A stretch of 64,000 nt of DNA from Octopus sinensis (taxonomy: Eukaryota). Below the pieces are notes generated by a model. It was not told the DNA's origin. It did not search any database and saw only the letters and a program-made list of their open reading frames with translations. The stretch lies in contig NC_043009.1 of assembly GCF_006345805.1 (NCBI RefSeq), positions 56,482,001 through 56,546,000 of the forward strand, written 5' to 3'. A program made the translations under genes and the position numbers. Of the stretch, positions 57,391 through 64,000 are shown piece after piece (positions within the stretch are counted from its first letter, which is position 1; every line of letters begins with the position of its first letter).

Positions 57391-57469
57391 GCTTATAGCT
57401 ATTTCTGCTATAAGACCCAGTGGAGTCATAGCTGGGTGCCTAAGTGACACCTTATAGCTTCATCGGAGC
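57391..57469 (-). ncRNA. Hammerhead-ribozyme-like motif (type I, Penelope-like minimal stem III), core variant
   Basis: Minus strand: GCT-CCGATGA-A-GCTATAAG...CTTATAGC-A-GAAA-TAGCTA-TA-AGC; enclosed by the inverted repeat GAAAATGAGATGACAAA / TTTGTCATCTCATTTTC (57346-57512). Confidence 0.65.
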
Positions 57470-57607
57470 CTCAAATATGAAGTGCTATTTATTCCTTTGT
57501 CATCTCATTTTCCTATTACCACTCTGTACTTGACTAAGACGTCGTTCCGAAGCATATGTATATTGAGTTCTACACCTGGTTTATTAGTATCGCAATGTCT
57601 AAGTGAA

Positions 57608-57610
57608 ATA

Positions 57611-57661
<51 letters not shown>

Positions 57662-57800
57662 ATGTGTATGTATATATATGTGTGTGTGTGTGTATGTATA
57701 TGTATATATGTGTGTGTGTATGTATATATATATATATATGTGTATATATATATTTATATATATATACAGACACACTCATACATATGTATACACATGTGTG

Positions 57801-57833
<33 letters not shown>

Positions 57834-57852
57834 GCACATGTGTGTGTGTGTA
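57608..57852. repeat. Compound (TA)n/(TG)n/(CA)n microsatellite
   Basis: Direct reading. Confidence 0.95.
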
Positions 57853-58355
57853 TAATTTTGCCATGAAAGTTACATTTCAGATGAGGCATGCATCTTCAAG
57901 CAAAATAAATGATTCTTCCTGAGGCAGTAGTGAAGTAAAGCAAGTGAGAATGTTCAGTTGAGAACGCAGTGCAATGATTCTGGCAATGGGATATAAAAAT
58001 CACAGCTTGGAATCCATTGGGTGATTGTGCTTCATATATAACTATAACAAGAACAACAACAATTTACACAAACTTTTTGAAGAAATTTTCTCATGTGACA
58101 ATTCTTAAACAATAAAAGAAAAGAAAACATATAGTCTGTCGCAATATATATAACATTATATAATCCTTATTAAAGCACATTAAATTCAAAAGATTTATTT
58201 TGTCTGAGTTTTCTTTCGTTATCCATTTTTGTTACAATCTTTCTGTTGAAATACACTGTTTTGTTTCAATTAGTTTTGAAAATAATAAAGAACTTAGGAA
58301 ACTATTTACATTATTTACATTCGACAGATATTTGTCTTCATCTTGTTTGTTGTTA

Positions 58356-58399
58356 ACACAACGTTTCAGCTGATATACCCTCCAGCCTTCTTCAGGTGT
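58356..58399 (-). ncRNA. Minimal type I hammerhead ribozyme motif
   Basis: Minus strand: ACAC-CTGAAGA-A-GGCTG(GAGGGTATAT)CAGCT-GAAA-CG-TT-GTGT; intact CUGANGA and GAAA cores, stems I and II, palindromic AACGTT stem III. Confidence 0.75.
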
Positions 58400-58529
58400 C
58401 TTGGGGAAATTTCAAACCTGGGTTCTCATTCCTAAGGCATTTTTTGATGTTATTATTATTATTATTATTATTGTTAGTGTTCTGGTCACTGCTTGGAATT
58501 GAACTCTGAAATTGAATGGGAAACTTTTC

Positions 58530-60410
58530 ATTGGTAATAACACTTTGGACCTGCTCTTTACCACCACTCCTAGAACTGTTATCAGTGTTGTGACAAAGAA
58601 ACCTCTAACTGACTCCAATCATGCTATGATCATTGCCAGTCTGTCTCTTGTAGGCAGAAACAAGAAGCACCGCCACCTTCAAACCACTCGCTTTGACTGG
58701 AACTGTTACCGTAAGGAGTTACGACACCTAAACTGGTTTGAATTTTACAATCCAGGGGATATCAATACTGTTTTTCAAAATATCCTCAGTGCAATCTGGA
58801 CTGCATGTGAAGCATCACTACTGTACAAATGCTCTAGAAATAAAAACAATGTAATTTGGGAGACTTGCCAGGGAAGGTCGTTGTGATGCTGAACAGAAAT
58901 ACAGACAGCATAGAACAGATGAGAGCAGAAGAAGATGCAACAGATCATCTAACCAACTCAAGCAAGCAACGAAAAAGGCAGTGCTTGAGTTTGAACGATG
59001 TATAGCAACAAGCAACTAGCCCTAACAGCAAAGTGTTCTGAAAATATGTGCGTTCAAAACAGAGTTCTCACTCCCTAACTGGCCCTCTTCACGATCCCCA
59101 CACAGGTCAGATGACCGATGACACCAAGGAATGCACTGAGCTTATTGCTGAATGCTATGCTGGCATTTTTACTGCTGATAATCCCAATGTATCTTCTTCA
59201 CCAACTCTGACATCAAATTCCATAACATCTGCGAAATTCACACCCACATTGCTGTGACACCATCTCAAGAATAAGTGCAACTATGCCTCTCCTGGTCTTG
59301 ATGGTGTAACTTATTTTCTTCTCAAATGTGGTGGGTTCTTTCTATTGTACCAGCTTTCTTCCTTTTGTCAATTCTGCCTTAACAACTGTGTCACTTCAGA
59401 GCACTGGAAAATTGCCAGTGTTATTCCCCTGTTCAAAACAGGTGATTGCACATCACCTGTCAACTACTGTCCAGTCAGCCTTACTAGCTGCATCTCCAAA
59501 CTGATGGAGTCCTGTGTCAGGGAAACACTCTGGAACTTTTGGTGCTCTCACAGCCTTATTTAGCCCTCACAATTTGGTTTTATCCCCAACTCCAGCTGCT
59601 GTAGTCAAGTTTCTTGAGGACATCACCTGAGTTATTGATGGCAGCTCATGGGTGGATACTGTCTACCCTGATTTTGCTAAAGCCTTCAACTGTGTACCAC
59701 ACAAACAACTCATGGTAAAACTCCCTGCAGTGAATGTGAAGGATGATCTCTATAACTGGCTGAAGTCTTTCATTCTCAGCCGGAAAGATGTAGTTACAGT
59801 TCTAGGACATCGTTCTTCACCCTACGAGATTACTTCTGGTGTACCACAGGGATCTGTTCTTGGACCCTTACTGTTGGTTGCATATATTAATGATATAGAT
59901 GCCAATTTGAGGAATGTTTCAGTGCTGAAATATGCAGATGACACCAAGCTGTACCTTTAAATAAAAAGAACAGATCCTATCCTGCAATCAGACCTGGATA
60001 CAATGCAGCAGTGGACCCCTGACTGGCAACTCAAGCTAGCTGTAGACAAGTGTGTCACCATGCAATTTGGGAGGAAAAATCCAGCCTTTACATACTCCCT
60101 CAGCAACACCAATCTCAAGAAGTCTTCTAGTAGACATGATTTGGGTATTATTGTAAACAACAATCTGCATTGGATAAACCACATATCTAAGATTGTCAAA
60201 AAGGCTGAGGTTGTTCTAACCTTTGTCAGCCACTCTCCAGCTATCTATTTAAAATTGTATACAACAATGGTATGTCCACACTTGGAATTTGCATCACCAG
60301 TCTGGAACCCCTCTCTTGTTCAGCATATAAATCTGGAAACTGTTTAGAAATGTGCAACAAAGTGAATACCCTCCTTCAGACATCTACCATACTCTGAACG
60401 TCTTGCATTC
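58530..60410 (+). mobile_element. CR1/L2-group LINE relic (end of AP endonuclease plus reverse transcriptase)
   Basis: NNTLDLLFTT..DSNHAMI, WKIASVIPLFKTGD..NYCPVSLTSCISKLMES, DFAKAFNCVPH, SGVPQGSVLGPLL, KYADDTKLY (59931), WQLKLAVDKC, LYTTMVCPHLEFASPVWNP; many stops and frameshifts. Confidence 0.93.
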
Positions 60411-60758
60411 CTGATGAATAGGGTCTTGTTTCATCAATGGTTGCTGTGTGTGACTGGCTTTGAACTGGTTGGTCACCCTCCCTATGTTTGTGATTTGGTT
60501 GCTTCTGGTTATCATCTGTTTCCCAGCATAGAAAACACTCAGCTGAGCACCAGTATCACTATGATGAGAACATCTTATCTGTTGTTGATGACCATTTTGA
60601 TCAACAGAAAAGCTTCTTCACCAGTGCGATCCAAGCACTGCAACTACTTATGGAAGTGTGTGGACAGTAAGAGGAACTATGTTAGGAAATGAACTTCATT
60701 TGGTCACATTCCATTGAGAGTGTCTTGCTCAGATTATGAACAATTCAGCCAACCCTCA
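60411..60758 (+). mobile_element. Mariner transposase 3' fragment with right TIR
   Basis: GFELVGHPPYVCDLVASGYHLFP matches the mariner HPPYSPDLAPSDYHLF motif; WKCVDSKRNYV matches the C-terminus; ends ...CAGCCAACCCTCA|TA. Confidence 0.85.
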
Positions 60759-61016
60759 TAATAATAAAAATTATTATTATACCTGCATTTGTTTTAATGT
60801 TCACATTGGAAAAATCTACAGTTTTCATAAAAAAAATTAGGACCTGGGTTTTCACCCCCTTAGCAAATTTTGTTGCTGGGCCACTGCCAGCCGTAGAAAG
60901 CTATGTCAAATCAGACTGGAACCTGGTGCAGCCCTCCAGCATGCCAGCCCAGTCAAACCGTCCAACTCATGCCAGCATGGACAACAGACGTTAAATGATG
61001 ATGATGATGATGATGA

Positions 61017-61077
<61 letters not shown>

Positions 61078-61079
<2 letters not shown>

Positions 61080-61238
61080 GGGCGTCTTTCAGTTTCTATC
61101 GACCAAATCCATTCACAAGGATTTGGTCAGCCTGAAGCTATAGTAGAAGATACTTGCCCAAGGTGTCACGCTGTGGGACTGGACCTGGAACCATGTAATT
61201 GGGAAGCAAACTTCTTACCACAGAGCCACGCCTGCGCT
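61078..61238 (-). mobile_element. tRNA-derived CORE-like SINE
   Basis: Reverse complement reads GCGCAGGCGTGGCTCTGTGGTAAGAAG...CAGTCCCACAGCGTGACACCTTGGGCAAGT. Confidence 0.85.
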
Positions 61239-61247
61239 TATATATAT

Positions 61248-61357
61248 ATATCACGTTGAAAGCACCGGTTCTCGTCCGATCACCGAAGTTTAGCAACATC
61301 GAGCCTAGTTAGTACTTAGATGGGTGACCGCTTGGGAAACCTTGGTGCTGTAAGCAT
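61248..61357 (+). rRNA. 5S rRNA copy, nt about 11-120, probably a pseudogene/orphon
   Basis: ATATCACGTTGAAAGCACCGGTTCTCGTCCGATCACCGAAGTTTAGCAACATCGAGCCTAGTTAGTACTTAGATGGGTGACCGCTTGGGAAACCTTGGTGCTGTAAGCAT matches molluscan 5S. The 5' end is replaced by (TA)n; boxes A and C carry substitutions; a T7 run follows. Confidence 0.9.
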
Positions 61358-61360
61358 TCC

Positions 61361-61367
61361 TTTTTTT
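61361..61367 (+). terminator. Pol III T-run terminator after the 5S copy
   Basis: TTTTTTT 3 nt after the 5S 3' end. Confidence 0.6.
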
Positions 61368-61369
61368 AT

Positions 61370-61721
61370 AGGCGCAGGAGTGGCTGTGTGGTAAGTAGCT
61401 TGTTTACCAACCACATGGTTCCAGGTTCAGTCCCACTGTGAGTGGATTTGGTAGACGGAAACTGAAAGAAGCCCGTCGTATATATGTATATATATATATG
61501 CGTGTTTGTGTTTGTGTGTGTGTGTTTGTCCCCCTAGCATTGCTTGACAACCGATGCTCGTGTGTTTATGTCCCCGTTACTTAGCGGTTCGGCAAAAGAG
61601 ACCGGTAGAATAAGTACTGGGCTTTCCAAAATAATAAGTCCCGGGGTCGAGTTGCTCGATTACAGGCGGTGCTCCAGCATGGCCGCAGTCAAATGACTAA
61701 AACAAGTAAAAGAGAGTAAGA

Positions 61722-61722
<1 letters not shown>
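61370..61722 (+). mobile_element. tRNA-derived SINE, CpG-rich (young or unmethylated), internal deletion in the core
   Basis: AGGCGCAGGAGTGGCTGTGTGGTAAG...GGTTCAGTCCCACTG; internal microsatellite; tail GCATGGCCGCAGTCAAATGACTAAAACAAGTAAAAGAG. Confidence 0.85.
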
Positions 61723-61755
<33 letters not shown>

Positions 61756-62827
61756 TCTTACTCTCTTTTACTTGTATATATATATATATATGTAATCGTT
61801 AGTAAATCATAAATCCCAAAGAGAAGCACATTCTAAATCATAGAATAGAGTAATTAGGTAACGATAGTTATGGCCGGTCTATGGGGTTACCCAAGGTTTC
61901 GCGTCCATAAAGAGTTTACAGCATTTCTTTAGACCTCATTCGCCGGTGGCCTATAACCTCTCTCAAATTATATATAAAAGGTTTCCGCTCAATTTTCGTC
62001 TATCAAATCCACTTACAAAGCATTGACCCGGCCCACGGCCATAGCAGAAAAACACTTGCTCAAGGTGCCGTACATTGAAACTGAACTCGAAAATACGTGG
62101 TTGCGAATGGAACTTCTTAACTATATAGCCATGCTTGCGCCTGGTTCGTCTGTATTTTAAGTCTCTCCAAATCTCGCTATTGCCTACGTAATTCCTATTT
62201 CCCCACTTTCTTTCCTCCTATAAACAGTTTCTATGAATCATTGGTTTCAAAAATTCGATATTCGATTTATTATTATTTAATTAATTAGCGGTGAGTAATG
62301 ATTTCAAGGATATTTAGCTGCAATTTGTAGCAGGTCGAGCGACCACGTAGGATATTTCCTTGTTGACTCATAAGCAAGCATTTACTAAATAAACGAATAA
62401 AGGGTTTCGATCCTCGCTCGTATTTATACGCACGCGTGCATATTTGTCCCATAGCAACCGTAGTCAGAGGCAACAGCAACAATAACATTGAACGCATGTG
62501 TTTTTTTCCCAATCTACAGAGTGGGTCAATCCCAAAGTACTGCATAATTACCGTAACATCAGACGGATAAAACAGCGTTGTCTTGCAGTAGCCTCACAAA
62601 TCACAACATTACATAAAGTAAGAATATTATCATTAGTTTTATTTCGATTTTTTCCCGTTTATTTTTGCTTCTCACGACAGGTTTCCTTTCAACTCAGGGT
62701 TGAAAACAAAACCAGTGAACTCGTTAACGTCAGGAACACTCTATCGTCTTTCTATCTGCGCATCCTCTCGGTCTATATGTATATGCGTTTGTGTGAGAAT
62801 TTGCTTGTACATTCGGACATGTGCCTG

Positions 62828-62978
62828 ATACATACATACATACATACATACATACATACATACATACACACATACATCATACATACATACACACACACAT
62901 ACATACATACACACACATACACACATACATACACACATACACACACACATTCACACATACATACATACATACATACAT

Positions 62979-63010
<32 letters not shown>

Positions 63011-63067
63011 TACATACATACATACATACATACATACATACATACATACACACATACACACATACAC

Positions 63068-63106
<39 letters not shown>

Positions 63107-63118
63107 TACATACATACA

Positions 63119-63147
<29 letters not shown>
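62828..63147. repeat. (TACA)n/(CA)n microsatellite
   Basis: Direct reading. Confidence 0.97.
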
Positions 63148-63149
<2 letters not shown>

Positions 63150-63212
63150 GGGTATGGTGAGGTAAACAAAAACAAAATAGAACTCAAAATATGAGTACAT
63201 GTATTTTTTTTT

Positions 63213-63324
63213 GGCGGAGGTAAAGAAAACGCACACCACCCGTTTTCGGCGTAAACCTAACCCTAAACGTAACCCTAACCCTAAACGCCGAAAACTGATG
63301 ATGTGCGTATTCTTTACTTTCGCC
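63213..63324. mobile_element. 112-bp fold-back MITE with telomere-like (TAACCC) spacer
   Basis: GGCGGAGGTAAAGAAAACGCACACCACCCGTTTTCGGCGT / ACGCCGAAAACTGATGATGTGCGTATTCTTTACTTTCGCC imperfect 40-bp TIRs around CCTAACCCTAAACGTAACCCTAACCCTAA. Confidence 0.75.
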
Positions 63325-63496
63325 ATTTTTGTAAATATTTAGCAGAAGCAACAGAGTGACTCAAAGTCTGAGAGTTTCGTGCGTTAGCACTTATCGGTAA
63401 TAGTGTCAACGCACTAAATTCTTATTAATAAGTGCCAAAGCACGAAACTCTCGGACCATGAGTCACTCTGTTGCTTCTGCTAAATATTAATAAGAA

Positions 63497-63704
63497 TACA
63501 CACACACACACGCACACACACACACACACACACGCACGCACACACACACAAACACACAAACACGCACGCACACGCACACACACACCACACACACGCACGC
63601 ACACACAAACACACACACACACAAACACACGCACACACACACAAACACACACACACAAACACACGCACACACACACAAACACACACACACACACACACGC
63701 ACAC

Positions 63705-63740
<36 letters not shown>
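63497..63740. repeat. Imperfect (CA)n microsatellite
   Basis: Direct reading. Confidence 0.97.
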
Positions 63741-63742
<2 letters not shown>

Positions 63743-64000
63743 ATGTCTGTATCTGTCAAGCACATACCGAAGCAAATTCTCAATGCAATGCAATAAATTT
63801 ACAGCAAAAGGTATTGTGATTACGAAAGACAATATATAAAAATTATTTTAACAAAACACATTTACTTTTGAGTTCAGTGCCACTGGGCAGCACCTTGGGC
63901 AAGTATTTTTTTCTATAGTCCTGGACTGACTAATGCCTGTGTGGAAGCCCATCATATATATATGTGTGTGTGTGTGTCTTTTCGTTCGTTTCTCAACCCT

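Noticed and set aside
62498-63839. Long ORFs (220, 149, 135 aa etc.) rich in HT/YI/CV
   Set aside because: These are translations of (TACA)n and (CA)n microsatellites; the same applies to ORFs at 57482-57922, 7783-8215 and the poly-Ile ORF at 40708.

Overview
AT-rich, microsatellite- and SINE-dense eukaryotic genomic DNA. The 5S rRNA sequence and the repeat types point to a coleoid cephalopod, most likely Octopus (inference). One protein-coding gene was found: the NatA auxiliary subunit NAA15 (NAA15/16 orthologue) on the + strand. Twenty-one coding exons (9400-40281) were read by hand and join in one frame: 2514 nt, 837 codons plus TAA. The first coding exon was not found and probably lies upstream of the window. 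Intron 15020-16631 is a U12-type (minor spliceosome) GT-AG intron that carries a second U12-like signal cluster inside it. The rest is transposon debris: a Gypsy pol relic, an RTE LINE whose 3' tail is shared with many short copies, a CR1-like LINE, a mariner fragment, Tigger/pogo, hAT and TTAA (piggyBac-like) MITEs with repeated nesting, fold-back elements with telomere-like spacers, and tRNA-SINEs. The most unusual items are a 14-unit head-to-tail array of diverged SINEs (51.6-54.5 kb), several hammerhead-ribozyme motifs (one fused to a tRNA-type B box), and a 5S rRNA copy wedged between two divergent SINE heads. All calls are by eye; no database searches were run.
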